Origin: Balanoglossus misakiensis
Taxonomy: Eukaryota > Animalia > Hemichordata
Reading direction: 5' to 3'
Assembly: GCA_040954595.2 (NCBI GenBank)
Contig: CM082581.2
Location: 11,530,286-11,594,285, forward strand
Length of the DNA stretch: 64,000 bases
The notes under the pieces are model-generated. The model did no database searches, had not been told where the DNA came from, and was given only the letters and a program-made list of their open reading frames with translations. The translations under genes and the position numbers were made by a program. This document shows positions 36,101 to 50,000 of the stretch, in pieces. Within the stretch, counting starts at the first letter, position 1; each line of letters opens with the position of its first letter.

Positions 36101-37483
36101 TTTTTACAATGGTGATCAGTTTCAGACTTAGGCACTTGATCAAATACATCAATCACCTCCACAATTTTTCCTTTGTGGTCAGTTCCATCATCAAATTCAT
36201 CCTTTCCCTCCTCCTCCTCATCGCTTGTTCCACTGTCACCAGGAACACACATGTCGCAATTTCCAGGACTATTTGTCCTCAAAACATCTAATGTGCATTT
36301 CAAGTGATATCCTGGAATAACTGCCTTTCCAAAAGGAATTTTCCTGAGAAGTTTGGATTGCTCTGTCTTCAAAATTACACGGTATTTTTCCAGCATGGAA
36401 GTTATTACACTGGTGTAGAGTCGAGGATTGATTCCAGTCGGTGTGTAGTAGGGCTTTGCCAGATGGGCTTTCCTTTTTCTCCTTCTGTACACCTAATGAA
36501 ATGAAATAAGAAATAGTGAAAGGTTGGATCTTGCAGAAAGAAGCTTCCACAATAGAAACTTAACCCTTTCAACACAATGAACTGGTCCAAATCCATTGTT
36601 TTAATGCCAAAGTTGGACCTTTATACAAGGACCTGGTGGTGAAAGGGTTACCCTGTCTCCAAGGCAACCCCAACACATTAGAAATTTGATAATTATGTAA
36701 ACAATACCTTCTGGATACCAGATTTTTCCTTCCTTGTCATTATTTCTTCATTTCTCTCACTTTTATCTCCTCTCCCATCAACATTCTGACTGTTGACATT
36801 ACATGGGCTGCCATTCCAAGTGTCTTTTTTGGATTTCATGACCTCTTCCTGATGTTGAAACATCTCAAACATTTTGGCTTGCCTCTTCATGTCCATTCTA
36901 CTCAACTCCAGTGCTTTCTGTGTATGAATTTCAACGAAATTAACACCAGTCATGACATCATTATGCATTATAGGAAATATTTGGAGTTTGACTTTCAGGA
37001 AACTTTGTCCTGATGGCGTTTCTGTTCTTGTGTCACTTTCTGATTCAGTTCTGGCATACCAGCTCTGCGTATCATACCTGCAAATCATCCTCTTCTACCT
37101 GCAAGTCATCTGATTTCCGTCTCCTTGACAATTTAGTCCTCTTACGCCGCTGGTCCAACCTGACACTTCTGTCACTAGCCTATGGATGAATCAAGTAGAC
37201 AAAAACATGTCATTAGAGATGACACAGTCCCCACCAGGTCATGTTGATTATTTTCAGGTACTCTAAAGTGTACCAGGGTATTCTGGAATGTTTTCCTGGA
37301 AGCTACACTCTGGCTCAGGTATCTTTTCATTTGATCGTATGCATGTCTTATATTGAATACATTTACCAGACTGGTAGGTTTATCCTCTTCTTTCTGATCT
37401 ATTGTTATGACATCATCATCACTGTCAGTGTCATCAAGTTGAATGAACTTCAACTTGGGTTTCTTACTGTTTTTTCTTTGCAT
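33154..37483 (-). CDS. UIMC1: BRCA1-A complex subunit RAP80-like. Exons approx: 37483-37274, 37179-37078, 36917-36708, 36492-35239, 35024-34922, 34762-34648, 34537-34422, 34298-34244, 34112-33954, 33826-33719, 33583-33154
   Basis: Domains appear in RAP80 order: SIM-like FIQLDDTDSDDDVITID, a UIM built across an intron (EEDDLQ|KALELSRMD), AIR-like PYYTPTGINPRLYTSVITSMLEKYRVILKTEQSKL, C2HC finger CPLCGEFFPWSDIEVHAADC, a second finger CFLCHKLVARSEYSQH, and C-terminal SPIKAFRGISLQKDSYIDYKNQF plus a GR-rich tail. Confidence 0.8.
36560..36650 (+). mobile_element. ~90-bp piggyBac-like MITE, copy 2 (UIMC1 intron)
   Basis: TTAA-CCCTTTCA ... TGAAAGGG-TTAC. Related to 23289-23380 and to a partial copy starting at 40776 (ttaaccctttcaccatcatggtttg). 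Confidence 0.7.
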
Positions 37484-37809
37484 TTTGCTTGTTCAGGAGT
37501 ACAGTTGCCTGGTAACGCTAGTCTTCCATTCTGGAGATTTACTAGTATACTGGTAAAAAATGGCAAGAACAGTGAAAACATGTTTAAAGGGGATAATACC
37601 CTACACTACAGTGCAACTTGTGCAAGGTTGATTGACATCTTTATTTGGAGTCTAGGGTTCCAAAAAGAGAGCAAGATTTATTAGGGATACTATAGTCAGG
37701 AGATCAAGTTTCAGTAGTTAATACACAAAACAACACATACTGTAAGTAGCCTCAATAATATGCAGACAGTGGTACGCCGGTGGCCCTTTAATATGAATGA
37801 ACACAGCTC

Positions 37810-38200
37810 ACCTGTTTAGACACTTGTTAAACTTATTAATCGCGCGCGCGTAAAGTAAGTTGAGGGCCTTTAAGATAATGAATATTATTCTTGCGCTAAT
37901 AATTTTTCATTTAATCATAATGCTGGTATTTTGTAAGGAACGTTGGGTTTCTGTTACGTAAATCATTTATTTTATGTATTTCTAAATGTGCTGACGTGAA
38001 GGAAAGGTACGTAACAGGCATGTACCTTCACTATTACATCTGTGACAGACTGAAAAGATAGGGAGCTCGATCGAGCAGGTCGCGTGACCCTTGTAACCTT
38101 TGATCCTTGACCTTCTCGTCTGTTCTCGTGATAAAAACGAGAACTCCCCTCACTCCCAAGATGGCGACCGCTCGTAATGCATTATTTTGGAGTTGGGACC
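37810..38200. promoter_or_regulatory. Probable bidirectional promoter UIMC1/TBC1D
   Basis: Head-to-head gap, a minus-strand donor at ~37811 for a non-coding UIMC1 exon, CGCGCGCGCG, TGACGT, a TGACCY cluster at 38085-38113 and YY1 CAAGATGGCG at 38157. Confidence 0.6.
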
Positions 38201-38298
38201 ATTGAAACACATTTGGAATATAATGTAAATGTTTTCACCGACATATTACCAGCGACAGTGACACCCTCGGAACTACACAATTTTACCATTTACCAGGA

Positions 38299-41200
38299 AT
38301 GAGAAAACTCTCAAAATATGAGAAAAACAAAGGTGATCTTTCCGGGGAAAATCACAGCGATGTCGCAGTAGAGGAGGGGCAGGATAAGGATATCGGCCCC
38401 CACGGCTTGCGGAAAGGTAAAAATGCGGGTTTCATTGATTTACTCGAGGAAATGAATTCCGTGAATTGTTGTCCTGAAGATCCAGTCGAAAGTCCAGAAG
38501 ATGAGAAACAAGACATCTCGGCAGCGGAAGCCAAGAACCAGGAAAATAACAGTAGTGTGATTGGTGGGTGTACAGTGAACAAGGCTAGTGCAAACGCCGA
38601 CGAGTGTAACGCCTCACCAAAAATGACTTTAAAAACTAAGGAATTGTCAAATGCGGATAAGCCGCTTTGCAATTCAGACACTTGTCATAAAGAAATAAGC
38701 CCCTCTGCGACTGAAGGAGAGCACAGGCGAGTATATGAGGAGAGTGTACATGGTAGTTTTATAGATACCGATAATCACATACCATCAGAATCTGTGGAAA
38801 CGCCCGTGAATAATGTAAGTGATCGGCTACACGAGTCTAGTCAACGTGACGGTGGAGTGATGAACGATGGTGGAATCTCTGTCCGAGGAGATGTTGTAGA
38901 CAAGGATTCTGAAGAGTGTAATGATCACCCACAAGATGTTGATGAAAAACCAGAGTCAGAAAGGTATGAAAGTTTTGAACCCGAGCAGCGTGTCATGGAA
39001 CAAACGCCTTTACATGACGTAAACAAAGTGCAAACAAACTTGATCAGTCAAGAGAATTCAATATCACAGTGTGAAACAGCTGTAAATGACCAGGTCCAGA
39101 AAAATGAGTGTGCATCACATGAAGAAGACTGTGATAATGACAATTGCCAGGAAGGTCAAGGAAATAATGCAAATGGCCCAAGTGACTGGGGGCAGGGATA
39201 TTTACGAAGGACTGGTACAGAGACATCATTACAAAGTGACACATCAATTACAAGTGTGTCTAGTATAAGTACTGAGCCGTCTTCAGGTATATCTAATGAA
39301 GAACAACTTGATGGTAAAGGTGGCTTGACTGTGGATGACACTGATGAAGCTGGCTTTGTGGATGTTATCCTCACAGCCAGAAACTCATTCGATCCTGCAC
39401 ATAATGTCTCGAACTTTGATGACCAAATGGCATTAGCACAAGGTGCCAAACCCAAGAAGAAGGGATTATCAGGATTTCTATCAAGGTAAGTTGCTAGATC
39501 AAGTTGTCCAGTGTCCGAAACAATATGCATGACAAGGCCTGTCCATCATAATCAACAACCACGGCTGTATCAATCAACTGCTTCATTTTTCCTTTGGCTC
39601 TTTTCAGCAGGACGTTCACAAAGAAGGCATCTGGCAACAAGGAAATGGCTGTTCAACCTTACAGTCCACCAGGTTGGAAGTTGTTTGGTCGAGTTCCTTC
39701 CAAGGAGACCATTGCAAGGCCACCAGCCTACATATCGGAGGAGTATCAAGCTAAAGGCAAGACGCACCCACCAACAACGTCCAAAAGTTGGAAGAAACGC
39801 ACAGGTTCCTTAAAAGTGGCTAGCAGCACCACTGCACTCATACTTGAAAATAGACCACAGTAAGTGATTGCTATGTTATTTACTGAATTTTACCCTGAAA
39901 TCTACCTGGTATCAATGATGGCATGTTTGGTGTAGTACATCCAGCCTCCAAAAATGTGTCTGAGACTGATATATTTGTCCCCAAAGACTTTTCTGCCCAT
40001 CTAGGCCCATCCTTCATCACAATGTGGAATTTTGTATCCTTTCTTATTTTCTCCAGATATCTACCTGCCAAGTCACCAGAAGAGGACCAGAAACACAAAC
40101 AGCAATACGAACAGATGGTACAAAATGCAAAAAAGAAAGGCAAGCCAAGTTGCTAATGTCATGATACATACCCCACTACAATAGAGTGTTCTCCTGCTGT
40201 ACTCCCTGGTCAAACTTTTCCTCTTGGTATTACAAAGGGATAAAATCCAGTTTGATGTTGCTCATCGAAAACTAATTTTTTTTACAGAGTTCAAAGATGC
40301 AAAGAAGAACTTGAAAAAAATGGCAGAGCAGGTGAAACTAGAAGAGAACATAGCAGGCAACCTTGTTACATGGAATAATGAAATTCTTCCGAACTGGGAG
40401 ATTGCGTAAGTATACTTCAAGGGCTACTATCTGTAACTTCTGACTATATCCTATGTTTTGTGTATCAACGACAACTTCTCTGTACTGTATCCCCAAATTC
40501 CCAGTTGTTAGCTTGTCAGCAAATTATAGAAGTTAGTGTAGGTACTTTGTCAAACATTACTGAGATCTATGGTCAATAATGTGGTCCAATTTCTCTTTAT
40601 ATTACCGATACTTTATACACCTTTTTTCCAGGAAAAATTCCAAGAAATCACGAGATCTTTGGTGGAGTGGTGTACCCCCAGGTGCAAGAGGCAAAGTATG
40701 GTTGCTTGCAATTGGCAATGAACTCAATATCACTCATGGTAAGAATACTAAGCCTCACTTATATTCTGGGACTTCTTAACCCTTTCACCATCATGGTTTG
40801 AGCCCCCATACTATAGTTTCTGTGTTTTTCTTTCAGAATTGTTTGAGATATTCAAAGCTCGTGCTAAATCTCTGATAAAAGCTCTGAGTGGCAGTGACTC
40901 GGAAAGCGAAGAAGGTAGGTGATTTGAAAATATGCAGCTGTTGTTGTTCTCATTGTAAGAATACTGGGCCTCTCATATTCTGGGTCTTCTTAAGCATTTT
41001 ACCATCATGGTTTGGACATCTCTTATCTGACAGAGTATTTTGTATTTTTGCTGTCAATTTTCTAGTGCATGCAGCAAGCAAGGAAAGCAGTGTTGAAGTT
41101 ATCAAACTGGATGTCAACAGAACTTTCCCACAGTTGTGTATATTTCAAAAGGTGCGTAATCACAGTGTTAATGTTGGAGGTGAGGTAGCGTACTCACTAA

Positions 41201-42809
41201 AAGAACTCTACCAAGTCTGTTTATTAATTTTAGTTACATATAAGGGCAGTGCTCTATTGGCTTCTAGGTCACTTGTTTCAAAATGAAACTCATTTTTGTC
41301 TGACAACCATGTTATTTTGCTATCTATGGACAGGGTGGTCCTTACCATGATATGCTTGGTAGCATCCTTGGAGCCTACGCCTGCTATAGACCTGATGTTG
41401 GATATGTAAGTACATGAACACTACACTTCATTTTGTCCCATTTTTATGTGTGCTGCTTGAGTTGTCTGGAATACAACAGAGAGATATCTCTGTTTTATTG
41501 CAGTTATTGCAGATGCATTCTTGTTCATATCTCTTACTTGTGTTCATGTTCCATCATGTTGAACTTTGTGTAAAATGTTAGCAATTGTTACTTTTTACAG
41601 GTCCAGGGGATGTCTTTCATAGCAGCGGTGTTTCTGTTGAATCTGGAACCAGCCGACGCCTTTATATGCTTTGCAAATTTACTTAACAAGTCTTGTCAAC
41701 TCTCATTCTTCAGACTTGATGAATTAATAGTGAGTATAACAAGTAGCTTTAGATCTTCCTCGTGCAGCCATCTTGAATTTGAACTCAAAGCGAGGCCAAT
41801 TGGGAAATGCTCTCGTTGTGATTGGTCAACTTTTCCCCATTGGCCTCGCTTTGAGTTCAAATTCATGATGGCTGCACGAGGGCGCTAGACTTATTAAAAG
41901 GGTGTATTGTATCTTGTAAATCAACACTACATGGAATGCTGTTTCCAAGATGATTTTGAACTTGTATAATAACAAATATTTACAGGTAAATCTCAGAACT
42001 CTAGTACATGTATAGGAGTTTTGGTATAAATATCCAATTACAAATGTCATAGCCAAACTTGTGTTATGTTTGACACCATCAGATGAAGGCCTACTTTGCT
42101 ACTTATGAAGAATACTTTGAAGACAATTTACCGGAACTTTTCAAACACTTCAACGACCTGAATGTGACATCAGATTTATACATCATTGACTGGTAAGAGA
42201 AGAATTGACAGTTCTGAGATATTTGGAAGAGATGTGAAAAAATTTACAGATGTTTGGTTTATAAATATCCGACAATCAGATCAATGTCAAGAATTCTCCT
42301 GAAGTTGTGTTTATTTCAACTCTATATTTTTCATACACGCAGGATGTATACAATATACAGCAAATCGCTACCCTTGGATGTTGCTTGCCGAGTTTGGGAT
42401 GTCTTTTTTAGAGATGGCGAAGAATTTTTATTCAGGACAGCCCTTGGTGAGTAAAAAGCAACATCTATTTCTCAGAAATTACTTCTCTGATTCTAAGTGA
42501 TGTTCAAAATACAATACATGGGTAATTGACGATGGTTTCAAAGTACTGTATCTAAACCATTCTGGACATAAGTCTACATTCCGGGTAATTTCTTTTTTCT
42601 TTCTTTCAGGTATTCTTCATATGTATCAAGAAATTCTCCTCAACATGGATTTTATACACATAGCACAGTTTCTGACAAAACTTCCAGAAAACATCTTGGC
42701 AGAGGAGCTCTTCGCATCCATCGCTGTCATCAGCATGCAGCAGAAGAAATTCAGCCAAGTATTCATGTCACATATGAGTACAGTCCAAAATGCAAGTAAC
42801 AAAGACTGA
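38299..42809 (+). CDS. TBC1D14: TBC1 domain family member 12/14-like RabGAP. Exons approx: 38299-39485, 39611-39860, 40057-40139, 40288-40406, 40632-40738, 40837-40914, 41066-41151, 41334-41405, 41601-41729, 42083-42192, 42343-42446, 42610-42809
   Basis: [69 protein letters not shown] (R finger), [23 protein letters not shown] (Q finger) and [27 protein letters not shown]. Probably a co-orthologue of TBC1D12 and TBC1D14. Confidence 0.93.
40140..40287 (+). other. GC-AG intron in TBC1D12/14
   Basis: The donor AAG|gcaagc is required to join NAKKK to EFKDAKK in frame. No GT donor gives this join. Confidence 0.75.
41758..41881. mobile_element. Palindromic MITE-like element in TBC1D intron
   Basis: cctcgtgcagccatcttgaatttgaactcaaagcgaggccaat is reverse-complemented at 41839-41881 with one mismatch, around a ~40-nt spacer. 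Confidence 0.8.
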
Positions 42810-45800
42810 ACTGTGTGACCACTGTTAGGCACTCCTTGGTTGCTGGCTGCCAGGTCTGGTGCATCGGGCGCTCGACAAGCGACCATGAACAGAAAGGATG
42901 GGGAAAGGAAGAGTGTTAATACATCATTTACAATTGGAAGTCATTGGCCCCGTTTGAAAATCAAATTATACAGTGAGCTGTTTTTAGTCCCCATTGATGG
43001 TCCGGGGAGACTAGTAGATAGAGTTTATACGTCTCTCCCTCCATAGCCATTACTCAGATATACCTTGACTGATTTCTTTTGAAAGTGATACAAGGATCAT
43101 GGTATCCATGAGTGTTTTCTTAATCTATTGACCCAGAGGGGGGCGACTTGTCTGCTCATCCCCAAAACCAATAATAGAATGATCCAGTTCCTTCTTTTGG
43201 TGTCAGAATATTGTTCTGAATAAGGAACAGATGCAAGCATGGTAATCAGGAATAAAGAGCAATTGTAGTATTGTACTTAGCACCAGTGACTTTCTGTTGA
43301 AATCTGTGGTTGATTGTCTGTTCTGTGACATAAAACATGTTCAAAAATTAACGGTACTGTCAAGTTTCAAAGTCATGTTACCTTGTGTTGTTCGAAGAAA
43401 TATTTTTATCCCCCAGTGAAAGATTTTTGAAGCAGATAAAATGCAATACATGTACAAGTTTGCCAAAATGTCATATTTTAGTCACAGTAACTTGTATAGA
43501 TTTTTCTTTGTGTCTTATTTCTTATTTCAAGGTTTATTCACAGCTGTGTTATTAACCCCCTTTTCTGTAAATCCTGGTATCACAGTGTCTGTCTGCATAT
43601 CTTTCTATCTTGATGGTTGTCTGTGTTCCTAACTGTACAAGTCTTTGCAGAAATATTCCCACTTCCCAGTATATGTATCACATAAACTTTTACAAAGCGT
43701 CACCCAGAAATTATAAACCCACAACAATGCATACAATAATTACCTACCTATATCATGAGTTCTTTATGTTTTCAGGCCTCCCTTTACTGTCATATTTGAG
43801 ATTGTCTCTGCAAGTTGAAGACATTAGTATTTAAAAGTTAAATCATTTGAAGTTTTAGAAAAGAAAATAAGAAATTTGCCAAGGAATTTGCATAAAAGTG
43901 CCATGTGGACTTTGCAACATTTCAGAAGTTTTGATGGTCAGTCATGTTTTTCACCTACATTTCCTATAATAAGGATTAGCATATAAAATGTATAAAGCCA
44001 ACTTCTCTGAAAAGGTGAAATTTAGCCGAAACCAACATATAAAGTACAGCATCACCCTAGCTTGGTTTATACTCTGATTTCAACACTATACTCGTATACA
44101 CAGTAACAATATATGCAAGTACAAAAATCCTTTCAATGGAATATTTCCATTTATTGGTAAAAACCATCCGATATTCATTTTTGGATTTTCAGGAAAGATG
44201 TATATATTGGGAAGTTGAAAAGTGTAATTCCAAGCAAATATTTAATCTACCTTTCTATAATTATTTAGCAGTATGCCTTTTATAGTTTTCACATCTAGAT
44301 TATTTCCTTGATCCAACTGTGCTGAGATACACATTGAGGGAGATTTTTTTTTGCTTTCGAAAAACAAATTTTGAAGTAAAAATGTTTAAAACTTATAAAA
44401 AAAATTAACATAAACCATGTGTCATGTTAGGCTACAGACAACTCTTATTTTGTATTTTTCTCTTTGTTTTTAGCATTCTTGTAGTTTTGGTTTATAACAT
44501 CTATTTTCAATGTCAAGACTGGATCCATTTGTAAAGAAATGGACACAAAGCTATTTGTATATTGGAGAGTCTTGTGCTTTGTCAACTTTCCCCCTCCTAA
44601 TATCCAATAAAATGATCCTTTGATCAATGTTTATCTGTTGATACTGAGACAAGTACAGGAAACAGACTAGCAATGGGGTCCCTTGATCCTCTCGAATGTA
44701 TTATATGCTCTGATTTATTTTCTTGTCCCAACCAAACTTTTTGCTTCAGGACTACAGAGTAGCCACACAATCTAATCAGATGATAATATAATATGAGAAA
44801 CATGAAGTTACTAATGAATCCATTTCGCAGTTTACATTCTTGGCCAGTGTTGTACTGTCAAAGTGTCATTGAATAATGTATTCATTTTTTGTCTTCATTA
44901 TTTGTAAAATCAAAACAGGCATGTTGATATTGGTGCTCGAAAAAGCTTAAGCAAAGTAATAAACTATTTAGTATGATGTAAACAAAGAACTATGATCTTT
45001 TATTGGCAGAATATAGTCATTTATAGAATCGAAAGAATATTTAAACATCGCTGTACATATATAACTGGCTTAGTAAATGTTGAACTATGAATAAAGATTT
45101 TACTGTTGTGAAATGTCAGTAGACTGTGAAATTTGTATTTAGCAGTTTAGAAAATAAGAAATTTCGAATGTTGTTAATCTGCAAACTCCAACAAAAATGT
45201 TTTGACCAAAGCACACATTGTATTAGACTTAAAGCATATAATACATTTGACGGCCAACTAATTGATTGGACAATAAATAGTCTGTTTCTTTTTCTTGTCC
45301 GAGATTCATGTCATCTGTGACAAAGGCAGTTAAACACTACCTGTAAATTTGCCATAAAAAGAGACTTGGTCATTGGTTTCAAATGTACCACATTGAAATA
45401 CATTGTAATTAATTTTAGCACCAGACCAATCCCAAATTTTGTTATACATGGATTCCACAGAATAAGCTTTACCATTTTTCGATATTTTCTCTCAGCTAAA
45501 GGCTGTAAAATTGGTGTATATTACCAACATATGTGCATTGTAATATTTTTGTATATATCTATGTTTGAAGAATGTGCTGTCTGATCGTTATGCATTTACT
45601 GACTCAGGATTTTTTCACATTGATTCCCTGTGGGAATATACAAAATCACAACAATATACAGAAATGCACTTTGTGTGCATGCATGAAGAAACCATGATAT
45701 TTTCAGTTGCGCCACAGTTATTTTGGTTGTGATGATGTAAACAAATGCATGATTGCCATCAAATGTTAATAATAGCTACAGATAATCAATATGAAACTGT

Positions 45801-46419
45801 CGTGGAATGTTTCCCTTATAAGTTGCTACATCTGATTTTAATCAGATTGGACGTTGAAACATAGTTGCATGCATGTGCATAAACATGTCAATGATATGAT
45901 GTTTAATTAAAGCCATATTTGAGATGTTTGTATGCCCAAACCACTTTGGTAGTGGAGAACAGAAATGTTGAAATCCTTGTACATGTATTATACAGATGTG
46001 TTCATAATATCCTCCACTTGTATGTCTCTTTTTATAGTGGACGGTGGAACAGAAAAGTCGTAATGTAAATGAATCACACCACCTCACAGAATAGTCTTAA
46101 TGATAATCAGACGTGCACAAGTGTAAAATCTATAAATATTTATATGAAAGTGACCAAAAATGTAGAGGTTCCAATAAATTTGTCCATGTTTCTTGGAGAA
46201 TTGTTTGTGTGAGTCTGCTTTATAAAATGAGAAATGGGGGAGGGGCTAAGTTTTGTGATTGATTGATTGATAGATAGATAGGTGGATGGATGGATGGATT
46301 GGTTATTGATTGAATGATTCAAATAGAAACGCGCCAGATTTATCTCATGTGAAAAATAAAACGAGGATGACCCCATGATTTTGAAAAGGCCATATGGTTC
46401 TCTTTTTAAAAATCCACTT

Positions 46420-47000
46420 TATTAATTTGGCCGGAAGTATACTATTACCACCGGAAATACAACACAGGCCCGCTGAAATGCAAACATGAGGAGGGACACG
46501 GACGCAAGCTGCTGATAAATTTCATCGGTAAAGTTAACAGAAAGGCAGATTCTGTCTACATGTTTGTATCGAAGGCATGAAGGTACCATGAGACCCCTCA
46601 TGGTTAAGGTAAGTTGTCTTTCAGAGAGAGGATGCGAGTGCTGCCGACATCAGAAAATGTACGATCGAGTGGATGAGAAATGTACATATGAACAGAGGAG
46701 GAGCGCGCGCGCGGGGTCAACACGGGGCAGTGCATGCGTACTTTTTTGCGATTGCGCGGTTTTCTGCGTGTAAGATCACAAACTGGCCACCTGCTGGTGG
46801 CACATCTTTATTTTTTTCAACATCTTTGTCAAAAACAATCAAAAGATTGTCAGACTACGGAGAGAAACTCACTATGTGCAGCTTATGACTGACTGACTGC
46901 ATGCATGCAATGGACATGCCTGGATGGCGCCCGCAACCTGGACTGTACTATTATCGGGTGGGGAGGGCCGTTGGCCACTTCTGTGACCTCTGTGTGACCT
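46420..47000 (+). promoter_or_regulatory. Probable promoter and first non-coding exon of the LZTS gene
   Basis: CpG-enriched patch, ETS sites CCGGAAGT/CCGGAAAT (46431, 46451), a strong donor AAG|GTAAGT at ~46609 and a DR5 element at 46984-47000. Confidence 0.5.
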
Positions 47001-50000
47001 TACATCCTTGTGTGTTATTGGTATAACTTTCAGTGTTATATAAAATATTCATCTCTTTGTTCTAAGATGAATTTAAGTGTGCATATTCAATAGTAAGATT
47101 CAGATTGACTGTTTCTGACTTTAAACTCAAAATGGTAAATGCATACTCACAAAATGCCAGGATGTAAAGGTCACATTTAGGGGTCATGAAAGTTTGTGGC
47201 TTTCAAGTTCTGAAATTTTCTGTATTAAAAAAAGGAAATTGTCTTAAATAAATTAAATAAATAAATTTCATTAAACTGTTCTTGCTTTATCTGTCTTCAC
47301 GACATCACTTAAATTTTCTTGCATGAATAGTTTTAAACAATAGTTTATTTGATGCTGTACTAGCTAAGTTACACCAATGGAAATGGGTTTTTAATCTCTT
47401 TATGTGTATATGATTTGCTTGGGTTTGTATATTTACATGTCTTTTGTATGGACATTTAGTATTGTTAAAACAAACATCACATAATTTCACTGAGTACTGG
47501 GACTTGAAGCCTGCTTCTTTTGAGGTGTACGTTGCCTATTGTTTATATCATTACAATAGATGTATTATTGTTCTACCTGTGTGCCACGGTACTTTGGACC
47601 AATAATTGTGAGGCGTTGACAGATTGACCTGTATTGCACTGGTAATCAAAAATAGACTTGCATACAAAAGAGTGGAAGCCTATGATTTCAATAAACAGCT
47701 CATGGTGCTACATTGCTTGTTGACTAACCAACTTGTTGTTTTGACAAGAACTGAAATGTATGTAACTGATTAAATAAAAATAAAAGAGTTATAAGCGGCT
47801 ATCTGTTATTTCATGTTTCGGATTTTTATCCTTCCTGTCACTACATGTATTTCTTTCACACAGAAAATTAGCTTCTTGTGCATGATCACATGATCAGGGG
47901 TAATTCAAAGCATGATGGTCATATACCTCTTTTCCGTGTACGTTTACGGGCACAATATTGTGACTAATACAAAGACAATGCTTGACACCTCTGCACATGC
48001 TACTCAGTGCTTGGTATTAACCACAGTGGTATTACACTTGATTATACTTGAAGAATGGCCTCCTTCCCACACTTTCACGCATACATTGTTTCATTAGAAC
48101 CCAATTACTTTGGACCAGTACTTCTGAGCATTACCTCCAAAGTGGGTGTGATATGATAGCTCAGCTTAGAACTAGGTGATTCACACCCCATTCACTTTTA
48201 CATACAAAAGTATAATGGCACATACAATTCATAGCTTTATAATTGAACCTTGTTATTTGATGCCGTTTAATTTAATACCCAGTACATGGTTGAGTGAATC
48301 TCTTTGAAGTATGGAGGAGGTTGACTGGACACCTCAAGAAATGAAACTCACTTGTTGATTTGTCTGTCGACTACCCAACAGAATGCCACAGGCAGAGAAA
48401 TTTTGTGAAAATTACCACTCTTTTACACGAACTCCTTGCTGTTATTGACTCAGAAATATTTTGTGCAGTTAGTTCAACACAACTGCAAACACTCTAACAG
48501 AAGGTGTTTTTCAGGGCAAGTATAATGTCACAGAACACCCACATACATAGACTCTGTTATTGTTTCTTACTTTGGCCTGGTACGTAGACACAATGTAACT
48601 ACACAAAGCACACACCCACGCTAATACTGTAGACATGCAACCACGGTCTACATGTAGGATAAATCAACAAATTCTTCACTCGTGTGGACACCATCAAATC
48701 AAGAAACATGTTTTCTGAAGTCGCCTCCAAGAAGTAGATTGAATGCAGGAACTGATCGACTGACATGCACGTTGTCCTGTCTTGTGTGACTACGATCATT
48801 CAACGTCCTATTCTTTTCACATCAACTGATGCTTGTTGGTAATTGTTTTTTGAGCTGGTCCTCCATTAAATTGTCCATCCATCAATCCATCCGTGCATGC
48901 TGTTTTTCATTTCAACCGACATACCACATGCATATTTCATAAAATGCCATGCATGCCAGTTTGAATAATGAAGAGTGAAAACAATAGCAGCATTATTTAA
49001 ATATAGAACAGAGTAATTGTGATTATGAAAATGTGATTAAAGAAAGTCATTAGTATAGATATGACCTTCATGTCTTTATGAACTGAAGCTATCGTTTTAT
49101 TAGTCATACCTGGCAGATTCATATATTTGGAATGTTGACTGAATTCAGTTTAAAATATCTTAGAAGTTGCATTCAGGGACTTTATATATTATAACTATAC
49201 AGCTATAACAATACATAAGGTAAAATGTTAATGAATTTGGTGGAAATTGGGAGACTGGAATTTTGAGAGGGCATATTATGTAATTTATAAATGGTGTTGA
49301 CATGTTGAATTATTCAAATGAAAGGAACACACCCTCAATAGTGGTAGGGCATTGTTGTGAATCATCAACAGTCAAGTGCAGTTGTATTAAGCCGGAAGGA
49401 AGAAAATAAGTTACTCTCGCTGAAAGTAGAGACAGGGAGAGATTCTTGAACCAATGTGGTATATTTTGGACTGCTGAGAATGGTGGATAGTCCTGTGTAG
49501 TTTGCTGTGTGGCGGCTGTCGTACTCTTTGGAAAAATTTCTATTGTCCGGTGATTGCAACACATACTCATGCATTGTTCCGATCAGCTGGCCAACAAGGA
49601 GAGTTCTTCAGGTATGAATTACAGTTACTGTTTAATTCTTTTCTTACTGCCAAGGTTTGCTGTCTCTGAAACGACAAGGTGGTGTAGTGTAATCGAGGAA
49701 AATGGATTTTGAGAACTTAGCAGTGATATTCATGGAGATATATATAAGTTTTCATATTGGATCACTCTTATCTTCTGACCATACAGTCTAGATTCTTCCC
49801 TTCACAGCTGGCTTTTCAAAAAAGAACCAGGAAGGATAGATTCTAGGCACAGACAAAAATATTTCTCTTTGTGTTCAAGGCTAGACCATATAGGGTACCG
49901 GTATATGACTATACATTTATAGAAGAACATGCATGTTTCACAGTTTCAACCTTGTTTTGATGGCAATGGTTTACTGCACTGTACCTAAAAAGTCGTTTGA

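Noticed and set aside
37583-37872. Kolobok-like TTAA-AGG...CCT-TTAA ends
   Set aside because: Terminal matches are only 6-8 bp and do not pair into a convincing element.
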